The notes below the pieces were generated by a model. The model was not told the DNA's origin. It searched no databases and was given only the letters and a program-made list of their open reading frames with translations. From contig JAZLBE010000038.1 of NCBI GenBank assembly GCA_045613525.1, positions 22,975 through 86,974 on the forward strand: DNA of 64,000 nt, read 5' to 3'. Below are positions 18,589 to 29,203 of the stretch, piece after piece (the stretch's first letter is position 1; each line of letters begins with the position of its first letter). Origin of the DNA: Paludibacteraceae bacterium (GTDB taxonomy: Bacteria > Bacteroidota > Bacteroidia > Bacteroidales > Paludibacteraceae). The position numbers and the translations under genes are program-made.

Positions 18589-20667
18589 CTATTTAAGCCA
18601 TTTATCTAACCATGTAAAGAATGTTCTTTGCCAAAGGATACCATTCTGTGGTTTAAGAACCCAGTGGTTTTCATCTGGGAAAATCAAAAGTTGAGCCTCT
18701 ACACCACGCATTTTAGCCGCATCAAAGGCAGCCATACCTTGGTTAGCCAAGATACGATAGTCCTTCTCGCCATGGATGCAGAGAATAGGCGCATCCCACT
18801 TATCAACAAACAAGTGTGGTGAGTTGGCAAAAGTGCGCTGAGCAATCTTGTTGCTCTTGTCCCAATATGCTCCACCCATATCCCAGTTAGCAAACCATTT
18901 CTCCTCGGTCTCAAGGTATTGCATCTCCATATTGAAGATACCATCGTGCGCGATAAAGGCCTTGAAACGCTTGTCGTGATGACCTGCGAGCCAATATACA
19001 CTAAAGCCGCCGAAAGACGCTCCTACGCAGCCTAGATGATCCTTATCTACATATGGTTCGTTAGCAACAAACTCATCAATGGCAGTCAGGTAGTCTTTCA
19101 TACATTGACCTCCGTAGTCACCACTGATCTGCTCGTTCCACTCGTTGCCAAAGCCAGGCAATCCGCGGCGGTTAGGAGCCACGATGATATAGTCGTTGGC
19201 TGCCATCATCATAAAGTTCCAACGGAAACTCCAGAATTGGCTTACTGGCGATTGTGGACCACCTTCGCAGTAGAGCAGAGTAGGGTATTTCTTTGATGGA
19301 TCAAAGTGTGGAGGATAGATGATCCATGTGAGCATCTGCTTGCCGTCAGTAGTCTTTTGCCACCGAGGAACAACGGTACCCATCTCGATCTGTGAGTAGA
19401 TATTATCGTTCTCATGAGTGAGTTGTACGATATCCTCTTCTGCAATAGGCCATTGGTTGTCAGCAGAAAAAATACGATAAATTTCATTTGCCTCGCGCAT
19501 GGAGTGACGTAAGCAGTAGTAGCATCTGCCACGATTGCCTCCAGGTACATAGTCGTATTGACCTTTGGTAAGTTGTGTTACCTTTGAACCCTCAATGTTT
19601 ACCTCGTAAAGCATTGAGCATCCATGCCATACGGCGCTAAATACAAGTGAGTTGTTGTCCTTCCAATAATATGAGTCTACATTGGTTTCCATACCATGTG
19701 TAAGGAAGCGCTTTTCGCCTGTTTGGAGGTGTTGGATCATGAGACGATTCTCGTCGCTCTCATAGCCGTCACGCTCCATGGATTGCCATGCAATCCATTG
19801 TCCATCAGGAGAATAACTAGGATTGGTGTCATAACCACCGTTGCCTTCGGTGAGGTTGGTATGCGTGCCTGTTTCGAGGTCGTAAAGATATATGTCAGAG
19901 TTAGTAGAGATGGCATACTCTAAACCACTTTTCTTGCGGCAGGTGTAAGCTATTTGCTTACCGTCTGGACTCCATGCTAACTGCTCTACTCCGCCAAATG
20001 GTTTCATCGGTGATTCGTATGGTGTACCCTCTAGTAGATCAACGCAGTTTACTGCTTCTAAACTTTTAGAACCTTTAGAACTTTTTAATTCACACAAGAA
20101 TGGATGAGGAGCAGTTTCTGTCCATTCATCCCAGTGTTTATACATTAGGTCATCTACTACACGCCCAGATGCCAATGGTAGGTCGGGGTATTTGTCCTCG
20201 GTGCTAGTTACTGTTTTGACTTGGGCAATAAGGATAATCTTATCTCCTTGTGGAGATAGTAGAAATCCTTCGATGTCCATGTTAAAACCAGTAAGTATTT
20301 TTTTCCCAATTACAACTTGCCTATCTTTGTTTATATAGCATAATTGTCCATTATGCCAAGCGGGTGAGTGTCCGACAAATTCATCAAAGACTTCTAATTG
20401 TTTGCTACGTTCCTTGCACATGCGAATCCACGATGTAGATCGATTTTCTTCCACGCTGTAGTAGCTTACTGTGTAAGCGATGCGTCCTGATTGCTCGTCT
20501 GGATGTACGCTACCAATGCGTCCCATCGCCCATAGTGCCTCAGGAGTCAGTCGTCCACCTTCAATGGTGATCTCAGGCTTGGTGATAGGGGCTTTGGTGG
20601 CATCCTCTTTGGGTTGGCAAGCAGTTGCCAATAGTGCAAGTGTAGCCATGAAAATGATTTTACGCAT
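18589..20667 (-). CDS. S9 family serine peptidase (prolyl oligopeptidase / dipeptidyl-peptidase type) lipoprotein
   Basis: A lipobox (LLATAC) leads an N-terminal beta-propeller-like half. The C-terminal hydrolase half has the nucleophile elbow GASFGGF and a late D...H (PDENH). Confidence 0.88.
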   Translation of the reverse strand: MRKIIFMATLALLATACQPKEDATKAPITKPEITIEGGRLTPEALWAMGRIGSVHPDEQSGRIAYTVSYYSVEENRSTSWIRMCKERSKQLEVFDEFVGHSPAWHNGQLCYINKDRQVVIGKKILTGFNMDIEGFLLSPQGDKIILIAQVKTVTSTEDKYPDLPLASGRVVDDLMYKHWDEWTETAPHPFLCELKSSKGSKSLEAVNCVDLLEGTPYESPMKPFGGVEQLAWSPDGKQIAYTCRKKSGLEYAISTNSDIYLYDLETGTHTNLTEGNGGYDTNPSYSPDGQWIAWQSMERDGYESDENRLMIQHLQTGEKRFLTHGMETNVDSYYWKDNNSLVFSAVWHGCSMLYEVNIEGSKVTQLTKGQYDYVPGGNRGRCYYCLRHSMREANEIYRIFSADNQWPIAEEDIVQLTHENDNIYSQIEMGTVVPRWQKTTDGKQMLTWIIYPPHFDPSKKYPTLLYCEGGPQSPVSQFWSFRWNFMMMAANDYIIVAPNRRGLPGFGNEWNEQISGDYGGQCMKDYLTAIDEFVANEPYVDKDHLGCVGASFGGFSVYWLAGHHDKRFKAFIAHDGIFNMEMQYLETEEKWFANWDMGGAYWDKSNKIAQRTFANSPHLFVDKWDAPILCIHGEKDYRILANQGMAAFDAAKMRGVEAQLLIFPDENHWVLKPQNGILWQRTFFTWLDKWLK

Positions 20668-20668
20668 A

Positions 20669-21157
20669 TTATTTCTTGGTGTAAACGGCGAATGTGTATG
20701 GGTAAGGATTTTTCTCGTCGGCCTCGTGGTGCTCCTCGCTTACGCATTGCCAAATAGTAGGGTCTATTTCTGGAAAGAAAGTATCTGCATCCTCCCAACT
20801 ATGGTGGATATGTGTGATGTATAGTTTGTCTACTAATGGCAAAAATTGGCGATATACCATACCTCCTCCGATGATAAATGCCTGCTCGTCAGCAGCTACT
20901 GCAGCTTGCGCTTCAGGAATAGAGTGCACCACTTCTGTGTTTTCAAAACTAAAATCTTCACGGTCAGAAAGCACGATGTTACGGCGATTAGGTAGTGGGT
21001 GCTTAGGCAAGGAGAAGAATGTTCGTTCCCCCATGATGACAGTGCAGCCAGAGGTTTGTTTCTTGAAGTATTGTAAGTCACTTGGCATGTGGCAGAGCAA
21101 ATCACCTGCCTTACCGATAGCATTGTTTTCAGCTATTGCTACGATGAGATTGAGCAT
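20669..21157 (-). CDS. folA: Dihydrofolate reductase
   Basis: The N-terminus IVAIAENNAIGKAGDLLCHMPSDLQYFK and the 162-aa length fit. It lies directly downstream of thyA. Confidence 0.92.
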   Translation of the reverse strand: MLNLIVAIAENNAIGKAGDLLCHMPSDLQYFKKQTSGCTVIMGERTFFSLPKHPLPNRRNIVLSDREDFSFENTEVVHSIPEAQAAVAADEQAFIIGGGMVYRQFLPLVDKLYITHIHHSWEDADTFFPEIDPTIWQCVSEEHHEADEKNPYPYTFAVYTKK

Positions 21158-21206
21158 AATATTGTACGTGTTTTGTTATTATATGAATTCGTAATAGGTA
21201 GATGAA

Positions 21207-22001
21207 TTAGACAGCAACGATGCCTGGTATATGTGGGTGTGGGTCGTAGTCTACGAGGGTAAAGTCTTCAAACTTGAAGTCTAGTAGGTCTTTAACCTCT
21301 GGGTTGATTATCATTTTAGGTAGCGCGCGTGTTTCGCGAGTAAGTTGTAGGTTCACTTGCTCCATATGGTTTAGATAAATATGGGCATCACCAAAGGTAT
21401 GAACAAAATCACCTGCTTTTAAACCTGTTACTTGTGCCATCATCATGAGTAGTAATGCATATGATGCAATGTTGAATGGAACGCCAAGGAAAATATCAGC
21501 AGAGCGTTGATAGAGTTGCAGGGAGAGACGTCCGTCTGCTACATAGAATTGGAATAGGGTATGACATGGTGGAAGAGCCATATTGTTGACTTCTGCCACA
21601 TTCCATGCACTTACAATATGACGGCGCGAGTCAGGGTTGTTCTTTATTTGCTCTACAAGTTGTGCTATTTGATCAATATGTCCGCCTTGGTAATCTGGCC
21701 ATGAGCGCCATTGGTGACCATATACAGGACCTAATTCTCCATTCTCGTCTGCCCATTCGTTCCAAATGCGAACACCATGATCTTGGAGATATTTAACATT
21801 GGTATCTCCTTTTAGGAACCACAAGAGTTCATAAATAATAGACTTGAGGTGTAACTTCTTGGTGGTTAGAAGGGGAAAACCTTCTTCCAAGTTAAAACGC
21901 ATTTGATGACCAAAGACAGACTTAGTACCTGTACCCGTACGGTCATGTTTGATGGTACCCTCATTGAGTACGCGTTGGCAGAGTTCAAGATATTGTTTCA
22001 T
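21207..22001 (-). CDS. thyA: Thymidylate synthase
   Basis: DRTGTGT, the active-site motif LPPCH and DAHIY are present. I place the start at MKQYLEL..., which leaves a 1-nt spacer after the upstream stop. Confidence 0.97.
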   Translation of the reverse strand: MKQYLELCQRVLNEGTIKHDRTGTGTKSVFGHQMRFNLEEGFPLLTTKKLHLKSIIYELLWFLKGDTNVKYLQDHGVRIWNEWADENGELGPVYGHQWRSWPDYQGGHIDQIAQLVEQIKNNPDSRRHIVSAWNVAEVNNMALPPCHTLFQFYVADGRLSLQLYQRSADIFLGVPFNIASYALLLMMMAQVTGLKAGDFVHTFGDAHIYLNHMEQVNLQLTRETRALPKMIINPEVKDLLDFKFEDFTLVDYDPHPHIPGIVAV

Positions 22002-22002
22002 A

Positions 22003-24033
22003 TTAGTATAGATTATACGTTGTTTTGAGTACACGGAACTCGGTACGACGATTAAGAGAGTTACATACCTCCTGTTTGTCTTGCGAGAGTGTTATTATAA
22101 ATGCTTCGTCTAATACTTGATCTTTAGGTAGGTATGGGTATTGCTGGTGCAAAGCTTCGTCTACCACTACTGGTTTCTCTTCTCCGTATCCAATTGCAGT
22201 TAGGCGTTCTTTCTCAATACCCATTCGGATGAGATAATTCACTACCGATTGTGCACGTTTGAGCGATAGTTCTTGGTTAGCTTTGTTATTGCCTACCATA
22301 TCTGTATGAGCTGCAAGCTCTATTGTGATATTAGGGTTGTCATTCAAAAGTTTTGCTAGTGCTTTGAGTCCCTCTTCTGATTCTGGACTTAACTCCCAAC
22401 TGCCAAACTTGAAGAAGATATTTGCCATCTTTACAGGTTTGGATATAGGGGCTAACGAGAAATCTTGTTGGTAAGTGTAACTGTCTTTTAAACCTTCTGT
22501 GGTGAACACATGCTTCTCGTTGAGGAATCCGCGTGCAGTTACTAGCATGGCATATTGTGTCTCCTTGTTAAGTTTAAGACGATATGTTCCATCGCGGCGA
22601 ATTTGTGATTTGACATTTGTTCCATCATTACCAATGAGTCGCAATGAAGCTTCTGTAAGGTGCTGTCCTTCGCTATCCATTATTTTACCTTCTATGATAA
22701 ATTCTATTTGTGGTAAAACGAAGGAATAGATGAGATCATATCCTTTTTTCTGTCCTCTGTTTGAAGAGAAAAATCCCATTTCTTCTTCTCCTGCAAATGT
22801 GATACCAAAGTCATCAGCATTTGAGTTGAAAGGTGCACCCATATTGAATACATTCCATATCGTATCTTGTTGAGTTGCATAGAACAGATCTAAACCGCCA
22901 AAACCAGGATGTCCCTTGGAGGAGAAATATAATCGTCCATCCTCACGCAGGTATGGGAATAGTTCATCTTCGGAGGTGTTGATGGTAGGTCCTAAATTAC
23001 GTATATCATCCCAATTTCCACCCGAGTTGATAGCCATATAGATATCTTTACCTCCATATCCACCAGGAGCATCGCTGACAAAATACAAAGTGTCGCCTGA
23101 CGCGTTGATGGTTGGATGTCCTACAGTTATGCTGCTATCGCTGAATAGTTTCACTTCTTGTGCTTCGCTCCATTCTCCACTAGCGCGTTGCGAAGTGTAG
23201 ATTTTTGTTCCTACATCTTGACCATGAATAGGTTTAGAGAAAGTTAGATACATTGTTCTTCCATCCTGCGTGAAACAACATACACCTAATTCTGTTGTTG
23301 TAGAACGTTTTTGAGCATCTTCTTCCTCCTCATTTTCTGTTAATAGTCCTTCGCAGAGCTCTATGTCTTCCCATTTTCCTGCTGCATTTTTTCGTGCGGA
23401 ATATAGGTTAAAGGTAGGCATGCCTGTAACAGCAGAATTGTGTACTTTCTTTTTGTTGGTCGATTTCTGCTCTTGTCTGTTGGATGTGAACACGAGCGCA
23501 TCTCCTGTTGGAGTAATGAACGCAGGTGAGAAATTTGACGAGCGTTTTGCATTAAATTCCTTAGCTGGCTCAACTTTGTAACGCGTATGCACTTTTTTCC
23601 ATTCTTCGGCTTGCGTACATGCTTCTTTTCCAGATAATGCGACATAGTCCTCTGGGTGCTGCTCTAAGAATATGTTGTATTGTTTGAGAGCCTCTTTATA
23701 TTTACCTTGGTATTGCAATACTTGTGCGTAGTGTAAGAATACAATAGAATCAGGGTACTGATAGCGTATTGCATTCTTGTATGCGTTAGCAGCTCTATTG
23801 TTGTTCAGGATACGGTAGCATTCTCCCTGTTTGAAGGCGAGTGTTGCGCGTGTTGCTTTGTCGTTGCCTTTAATTTGTTGAAAAACTTGTTTGTACATTT
23901 CGGCTGCGGCATAATATTCGCCGATATTGTATTTTTTATCAGCCCGTTTGATTCGTGATGCAATGCTACACGAACTAAAACCGCATACCAATACGGTCGT
24001 ACAAACTAGTATGTATAGGTGTCTATATCTCAT
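22003..24033 (-). CDS. OmpA-family lipoprotein with N-terminal TPR and central beta-propeller-like repeats
   Basis: It has a lipobox (GFSSC), TPR-like helices, TolB-like repeats and a C-terminal OmpA peptidoglycan-binding motif ([26 protein letters not shown]). Confidence 0.85.
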   Translation of the reverse strand: MRYRHLYILVCTTVLVCGFSSCSIASRIKRADKKYNIGEYYAAAEMYKQVFQQIKGNDKATRATLAFKQGECYRILNNNRAANAYKNAIRYQYPDSIVFLHYAQVLQYQGKYKEALKQYNIFLEQHPEDYVALSGKEACTQAEEWKKVHTRYKVEPAKEFNAKRSSNFSPAFITPTGDALVFTSNRQEQKSTNKKKVHNSAVTGMPTFNLYSARKNAAGKWEDIELCEGLLTENEEEEDAQKRSTTTELGVCCFTQDGRTMYLTFSKPIHGQDVGTKIYTSQRASGEWSEAQEVKLFSDSSITVGHPTINASGDTLYFVSDAPGGYGGKDIYMAINSGGNWDDIRNLGPTINTSEDELFPYLREDGRLYFSSKGHPGFGGLDLFYATQQDTIWNVFNMGAPFNSNADDFGITFAGEEEMGFFSSNRGQKKGYDLIYSFVLPQIEFIIEGKIMDSEGQHLTEASLRLIGNDGTNVKSQIRRDGTYRLKLNKETQYAMLVTARGFLNEKHVFTTEGLKDSYTYQQDFSLAPISKPVKMANIFFKFGSWELSPESEEGLKALAKLLNDNPNITIELAAHTDMVGNNKANQELSLKRAQSVVNYLIRMGIEKERLTAIGYGEEKPVVVDEALHQQYPYLPKDQVLDEAFIITLSQDKQEVCNSLNRRTEFRVLKTTYNLY

Positions 24034-24063
24034 AACCAGTGTTGGTGGTTCTTCCCTGAGTGG

Positions 24064-24909
24064 TTAAAATACGATGAATTCTTCTGGGTTAATAGCTGCT
24101 CCATTTTTCCATAATTCAAATCCGAGAGTTTGGTCTTGGATAAGTCCGATGACTTCACCAGCTGCAACATGATCACCCACTTTTTTGAGTGGTTTTTGTA
24201 AACCGGAATATATGGACGTGAATTGTGTATGTTGTACAACGATTGTGTAATTGCTATTAATATCGTATTGTATGTGTATGATTGTACCTTTCAGTACAGC
24301 AGATGCGTTCTTATTGCCATAACTAGTCACAATAATACCATATTGTTGGTCTTGTGTTGAAAATGGTTGCGTTACAGTACCATGGATGGGGGCAAAGAAA
24401 TTGGTCGGGTGAGATGTGTTGAGCGATTGTACAGTCTCAAATAATTGTAGATTATCCTTCTCTGCTTCCTCATATTGTGCAATGAATTCTGCTGTGGCTT
24501 CACTCTTGGCAACTAACAATTTTTCTTTCATTATCAACTGCATAGAGTCAAGGCTTTGTATGGTATCGGTAGGTACTTCTCCAGCAATCACCTGTGTTAT
24601 GACATTGAGGTATTGTCTTTGTAGTTCCAAACTTGTTCCTAGTGAATCGACTAATACCGACTCCTCCATCAATTGTTGTCGGATATTCTCAGAATATCCA
24701 GGCAAGTAGTTACGGATAGGAGTAAATAGTATTGCTAGCGAGAACAAGATGCATGACACTATAAATACAATAGCCAACAGAACGATGGCCCCCCATCCGG
24801 ATAGACGGACGTGGCCATGTTCTGCTAATGTCTTTTCGTTGATAATACTAATGCGGTATTCATGCCGCATGCGTTGCCAAAGGCTTGTTTTTTTTGTATC
24901 GTCTTTCAT
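24064..24909 (-). CDS. M23 family metallopeptidase (membrane anchored)
   Basis: One N-terminal TM helix is followed by a coiled region and a C-terminal LytM-like beta domain (VVQHTQFTSIYSGL...GDHVAAGEVIG). Confidence 0.78.
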   Translation of the reverse strand: MKDDTKKTSLWQRMRHEYRISIINEKTLAEHGHVRLSGWGAIVLLAIVFIVSCILFSLAILFTPIRNYLPGYSENIRQQLMEESVLVDSLGTSLELQRQYLNVITQVIAGEVPTDTIQSLDSMQLIMKEKLLVAKSEATAEFIAQYEEAEKDNLQLFETVQSLNTSHPTNFFAPIHGTVTQPFSTQDQQYGIIVTSYGNKNASAVLKGTIIHIQYDINSNYTIVVQHTQFTSIYSGLQKPLKKVGDHVAAGEVIGLIQDQTLGFELWKNGAAINPEEFIVF

Positions 24910-24949
24910 TGTTATGTTTATGCTTGTCGGACGAGTTACATGTTGGATA

Positions 24950-26590
24950 TTACTTTAGTATAGTGCAACCCTCACATGGCTTTAACTGTTTGAAGAAGTC
25001 GTTGCCCTTGTCATCTACCAGAATGAATGCAGGGAAGTTCTCTACTTCAATTTTCCAGATAGCTTCCATACCCAACTCTGGATACTCTACGCACTCAATA
25101 GACTTGATGTTCTCTTGTGCGAGGATAGCTGCTGGACCACCGATGGAACCGAGGTAGAAACCACCATGTTTCTGACATGCATTTGTAACATCAATGGTGC
25201 GATTACCCTTCGCTAACATAATCATGCTACCACCATGATCTTGGAATTCATCTACGTATGGGTCCATACGACCAGCTGTAGTTGGACCCATTGAACCGCA
25301 TGGCATACCAGCAGGAGTCTTAGCAGGACCTGCATAGTAGATGGGGTGATTCTTTAAGTATTCTGGCATACCCTCACCTGCATCCAAACGAGCTTTAATC
25401 TTAGCGTGAGCGATGTCTCGACCTACGATGATGGTACCATTCAAACTCAATCGAGTACCAATAGGGTATTGACTGAGGATTTTGCATACATCAGCCATTG
25501 GTTGGTTTAGGTCTATGCATACAGCATCGCCTTCGCCTGCTTGACGCAACTCCTCTGGGATGAGAGATGCAGGGTTGTTATCCATCTTTTCAATCCATAT
25601 ACCATCTTTATTGATCTTACACTTGATGTTACGGTCTGCCGAGCAACTTACTCCTAAGCCAATTGGGCAACTTGCACCGTGGCGAGGCAAACGGATAACG
25701 CGGATATCGTGCGCCATATACTTGCCACCAAATTGAGCTCCTAAACCGATTTTGTATGCTTCTTGCAAGAGTTGCTCCTCTAACTCAATGTCACGGAATG
25801 CACGACCGGTCTCATCGCCTGTGGTTGGCAATGTGTCGTAGTAGTGGGTAGAAGCCAACTTAACGGTCAGCAAGTTCTTCTCTGCACTTGTTCCACCAAT
25901 TACAAAAGCAATATGGTATGGAGGGCAGGCTGCTGTACCGAGGGTCTTCATCTTCTCTACCAAAAATGGAATCAATGTACCTGGGTTTTGGATGCGAGCT
26001 TTGGTTTCTTGATACAAATAGGTTTTGTTGGCAGAACCACCACCCTTAGTTACGCATAAGAAGTGATACTCCATACCTTCTGTAGCTTCTAGGTCAATTT
26101 GAGCTGGCAGGTTGCACTTGGTGTTAACCTCATCGTACATGTTGAGCGGTGCATTTTGTGAGTAACGCAAGTTGCGCTCTGTATAGGTCAAATACACACC
26201 TTTACTCAATGCCTCTTCGTCGCAATAACCAGTCCATACCTGTTGGCCTTTCTCACCATGTATAATGGCTGTTCCTGTGTCTTGGCATAGTGGTAACTGT
26301 CCTTTGCAAGATACTTCTGCATTACGCAAGAAGGTCAAGGCTACATACTTGTCGTTTGCACTTGCCTCTGGATCGCGCAAGATCTTTGCTACTTGCTCAT
26401 TGTGGCTACGACGTAGCATAAAACTTACATCAGAAAAGGCTGCGTTAGCCATTTTTGTTAAACCTTCTGCCTCAATTTTGAGGATAGGTTTGCCTTCGAA
26501 CTCGCCAACAGACACATGGTCTTTGGTCAACAAATAATACTCTGTTTCATCCTTACCAAGTTGAAACATTGGTGCATACTTAAATTCCAT
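24950..26590 (-). CDS. Class I (Fe-S dependent) fumarate hydratase
   Basis: It is a 546-aa fused alpha/beta type with [16 protein letters not shown] and GPTTAGRMD motifs. Confidence 0.93.
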   Translation of the reverse strand: MEFKYAPMFQLGKDETEYYLLTKDHVSVGEFEGKPILKIEAEGLTKMANAAFSDVSFMLRRSHNEQVAKILRDPEASANDKYVALTFLRNAEVSCKGQLPLCQDTGTAIIHGEKGQQVWTGYCDEEALSKGVYLTYTERNLRYSQNAPLNMYDEVNTKCNLPAQIDLEATEGMEYHFLCVTKGGGSANKTYLYQETKARIQNPGTLIPFLVEKMKTLGTAACPPYHIAFVIGGTSAEKNLLTVKLASTHYYDTLPTTGDETGRAFRDIELEEQLLQEAYKIGLGAQFGGKYMAHDIRVIRLPRHGASCPIGLGVSCSADRNIKCKINKDGIWIEKMDNNPASLIPEELRQAGEGDAVCIDLNQPMADVCKILSQYPIGTRLSLNGTIIVGRDIAHAKIKARLDAGEGMPEYLKNHPIYYAGPAKTPAGMPCGSMGPTTAGRMDPYVDEFQDHGGSMIMLAKGNRTIDVTNACQKHGGFYLGSIGGPAAILAQENIKSIECVEYPELGMEAIWKIEVENFPAFILVDDKGNDFFKQLKPCEGCTILK

Positions 26591-26602
26591 AATATTTTGT
26601 TT

Positions 26603-27484
26603 TTAGTTATTTACATTGTTGAGACTGTCAATGCGTCCCCATTTCCAACGATTGTGTGTCCATAACCACATGTGTGGTTGTTCGCGGATATTTTTTTCCA
26701 ACAGTTTAGCGTATGTCAGTGTGATACTTTCTTCTGGCATATTTTTGGGATCGTCTGTTATTACCTCAAAGCGCACACGATAATATCCTCTCTTAGGACA
26801 TGTGATATGTGCGAACAAAACAGCATATCCAAATTTGTGTGCTAATACTTCGCCTCCATCTAAGAACGCGGTGTCTTGGTTTAAAAAAGTTGTCCATATG
26901 TGCGCATTGCGTGGACTTGGCTTTTGGTCGGCTATCAAACCTATCACAAAAGGATGACTAGCGTGTCGTAATTGTACTAATTTGCGCAACAGAATATTCT
27001 TTTCAATGCATTCACCTCCACGCTTATGACGAAGCGTCATCATAGCTTGATCACTGCGTTGGCTCTTCTGGCGACGATATACACAATATTCTACCATCGT
27101 GGGATCACTAAATTGATTACCTATATCAGCAATCCATTCCCAGTTGCACATATGACCTAAATACGCTATCGAACCGTGATTCTTGCGGGATAACTCTTCA
27201 AGAATATCCAAATTCTCAAATATCACTCGCTCACGCATTTCTTTGTCAGAAACACGATATCCGTAGACTATCTCAACCAGTAAATCTGCAAAGTGATGAT
27301 AGAAATCATTGATGATTACATTTTGCTCAGTTTGCGTCTTTTCTGGAAAAGATGAGTGTATATTCTTCCGTACCAATGCCAAACGATAGCGCACTATGTA
27401 GCGCGCTAGTGGGTATATCAGGTAATCCGCAAACCAATACAATACTGGCAGGGGAATCAAACTCAATATTCTAATCCAAAACAT
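26603..27484 (-). CDS. Lipid A biosynthesis (LpxL/HtrB-like) lysophospholipid acyltransferase
   Basis: It has an N-terminal TM helix and an acyltransferase H-box region (LGHMCNWEW). The size and layout fit the lauroyl/myristoyl acyltransferase family. Confidence 0.72.
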   Translation of the reverse strand: MFWIRILSLIPLPVLYWFADYLIYPLARYIVRYRLALVRKNIHSSFPEKTQTEQNVIINDFYHHFADLLVEIVYGYRVSDKEMRERVIFENLDILEELSRKNHGSIAYLGHMCNWEWIADIGNQFSDPTMVEYCVYRRQKSQRSDQAMMTLRHKRGGECIEKNILLRKLVQLRHASHPFVIGLIADQKPSPRNAHIWTTFLNQDTAFLDGGEVLAHKFGYAVLFAHITCPKRGYYRVRFEVITDDPKNMPEESITLTYAKLLEKNIREQPHMWLWTHNRWKWGRIDSLNNVNN

Positions 27485-27501
27485 AACTTATCAATCCCAA
27501 A

Positions 27502-28329
27502 TTACAAGTATACAAACAAAAGGTATGCCACAGGCGCTGCTAACAACAAACTATCAAAGCGATCCAATACACCTCCATGTCCTGGTAAGAATTTGCCAGA
27601 GTCTTTAACACCTAATGTTCGCTTGAACAAACTTTCAATCAAATCACCTAATGTGCCGAAAATACCTATTGTAAGTGCAAATAGTAGACTATCAATCATA
27701 GGATATGCTGTCAGTGTTAGACCCATTGTCCAACCTATCTCGTAGAAAACATAACCCGCTATCAAATCGAATATAAAACCTCCTATTAACCCTTCCCAGG
27801 ATTTGGCTGGGCTGACGCGTGGAAACATCTTGTGATTGCCTCCTTTTAACTTGTTTGTCAATGAACCTACAATATATGCACCACTATCGTTGATCCAAAT
27901 AATGGCAAATAGCGCCAACAGTAAGAACTTGTTTTCCATTAACAAACCATTCATTAACGCAAACGGCAAGGCGATCATAATCTGGCTACTACATAGTTGC
28001 CCCCAACTGCGTGTTGGATCCTCTTGTGGAGTAAATAATTCGTGAATGACACCAAGGCATAGGGTTGTCAAATACAAAAATAATAACCATTTGCAGGTAT
28101 TATCACCACAGAAATGGAAGTATGATGTAGCAAATAATAGCACTCCTGCAGACATTGCATATGCTGTTGACTTGATGGAAGCACCAACTAGTTTGTGGTG
28201 CTCGCGGATAGCTAATGCAGTTATCAGCATAAATACTATACCAAAATACATTGGATGTACCAAAATAGAGGCAATTACTATACCGGCATATACGATAGCT
28301 GAGAGAGTTCTTTGTATAAAATTGTTCAT
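27502..28329 (-). CDS. cdsA: Phosphatidate cytidylyltransferase
   Basis: The C-terminal signature SLFKRTLGVKDSGKFLPGHGGVLDRFDS is present in a polytopic protein. I place the start at MNNFIQR... because the longer ORF overlaps the promoter box. Confidence 0.88.
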   Translation of the reverse strand: MNNFIQRTLSAIVYAGIVIASILVHPMYFGIVFMLITALAIREHHKLVGASIKSTAYAMSAGVLLFATSYFHFCGDNTCKWLLFLYLTTLCLGVIHELFTPQEDPTRSWGQLCSSQIMIALPFALMNGLLMENKFLLLALFAIIWINDSGAYIVGSLTNKLKGGNHKMFPRVSPAKSWEGLIGGFIFDLIAGYVFYEIGWTMGLTLTAYPMIDSLLFALTIGIFGTLGDLIESLFKRTLGVKDSGKFLPGHGGVLDRFDSLLLAAPVAYLLFVYL

Positions 28330-28358
28330 TTTTTTTCGCAAATTTTCAAAATAATTTG

Positions 28359-28366
28359 CAAAGGTA
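28359..28366 (-). promoter_or_regulatory. -7 promoter box (TACCTTTG) for cdsA
   Basis: It matches TAnnTTTG on the minus strand, 30 nt upstream of the ATG at 28329. Confidence 0.55.
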
Positions 28367-28378
28367 AGAATTTTTTTG

Positions 28379-28386
28379 TAATTTTG
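28379..28386 (+). promoter_or_regulatory. -7 promoter box (TAATTTTG) for the divergent small acidic gene
   Basis: It matches TAnnTTTG, 31 nt upstream of the ATG at 28417. Confidence 0.5.
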
Positions 28387-28416
28387 CAAACAAAAACCGA
28401 AAAAAACACATTTTTT

Positions 28417-28761
28417 ATGAATTCAAACATTGAACTTAGCCTCTTAGAGGCTGAAGAGAAGCAACTTCTCGATTATATCTGGAATCTTATTCCTGAACCA
28501 GACCGTCAGGGTTTGACGCAATCTGATGTGCTGCTGGTATTGGATTTGATGGATGATTTTCTTTTAGAAAATGGTCTCTTACAAGAAACAGCAGATGAGG
28601 TGACTTATCTTGAAGGTGAAATCGATGAAACGGAACAGTTGCAATTCCTCCTTGAGAAAACCAAAGAGCATGGCGCATCCTTGACTAGTGAGCAAATCCA
28701 ATTGATCATGGATGGTGAACTTCAATTTGGTATTGAACAAGGTTATTACGAGGAAGAATAA
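28417..28761 (+). CDS. Hypothetical small, highly acidic protein (114 aa)
   Basis: The ORF follows a promoter box and precedes a terminator. By hand count it has 29 Asp+Glu against 4 Lys+Arg. I recognise no motif. Confidence 0.6.
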   Translation: MNSNIELSLLEAEEKQLLDYIWNLIPEPDRQGLTQSDVLLVLDLMDDFLLENGLLQETADEVTYLEGEIDETEQLQFLLEKTKEHGASLTSEQIQLIMDGELQFGIEQGYYEEE

Positions 28762-28782
28762 TTTATTGCTCAAATATATTTA

Positions 28783-28826
28783 AAAATGGCTATATCTTCT
28801 ATGGAGGATGATGGCCATTTTTTTTA
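28783..28826 (+). terminator. Intrinsic terminator after the small acidic gene
   Basis: AAAATGGC ... GCCATTTT arms enclose a sub-helix (ATCTTC/GAGGAT) and are followed by a T8 run. Confidence 0.6.
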
Positions 28827-29169
28827 TGTATATTAGAAAATTATGTTTGCTTTTTCTACTAAGCAAATGTTTCTATACAAAAAGGGAATATTGTTGTATT
28901 ATTTTAAAATATAGCTGATTGAGTATTGTTTCTTTAGTTATGTGTTTTGTTGTGAAGTTCCATTTATGTTTTGAGTGATGTATTAAATAATGTTAAATAT
29001 CATTTGCTTGTGATGCCTCTTGTTTGCCATCGTTCTTTATCGGAACCTCTTTGGAACCTTGTTGAGAGTTTTTGCTGTTTTGAGGGCGATATCTTGTCGC
29101 CTTTGCTTTAAGTGTGCGTTATATTGTTAAGTTTTTTCTAAAATATTTGTGTATCTGCAATATTTTTTG

Positions 29170-29177
29170 TACCTTTG
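29170..29177 (+). promoter_or_regulatory. -7 promoter box (TACCTTTG) for recN
   Basis: It matches TAnnTTTG, 27 nt upstream of the ATG at 29204. Confidence 0.55.
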
Positions 29178-29203
29178 CGCGCTCATTTAATTTTATTAAA
29201 ATT

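Noticed and set aside
20050-20092. TTCTAAACTTTTAGAACCTTTAGAAC words resembling the intergenic CTAAACTT array.
   Set aside because: They lie inside the S9 peptidase coding frame (…KSSKGSKSLEA…) with no sign of a separate element. This is probably a coincidence of low-complexity sequence.
22002-22034. Longer N-terminal extensions offered by the ORF track for thyA. The same issue applies to rho up to 62424, recN from 29114, cdsA up to 28389, bcp up to 57556, ddh up to 17577, wza paralog 1 from 33074 and the acidic protein from 28312.
   Set aside because: The extensions run through promoter boxes or the upstream gene and add non-homologous residues. Internal Met codons give canonical N-termini and sensible spacing.
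28762-29203. A possible replication origin at the divergent strand switch.
   Set aside because: I found no DnaA boxes (TTATCCACA or its complement, or close variants) and no dnaA or dnaN nearby. Strand switches are frequent in this window.
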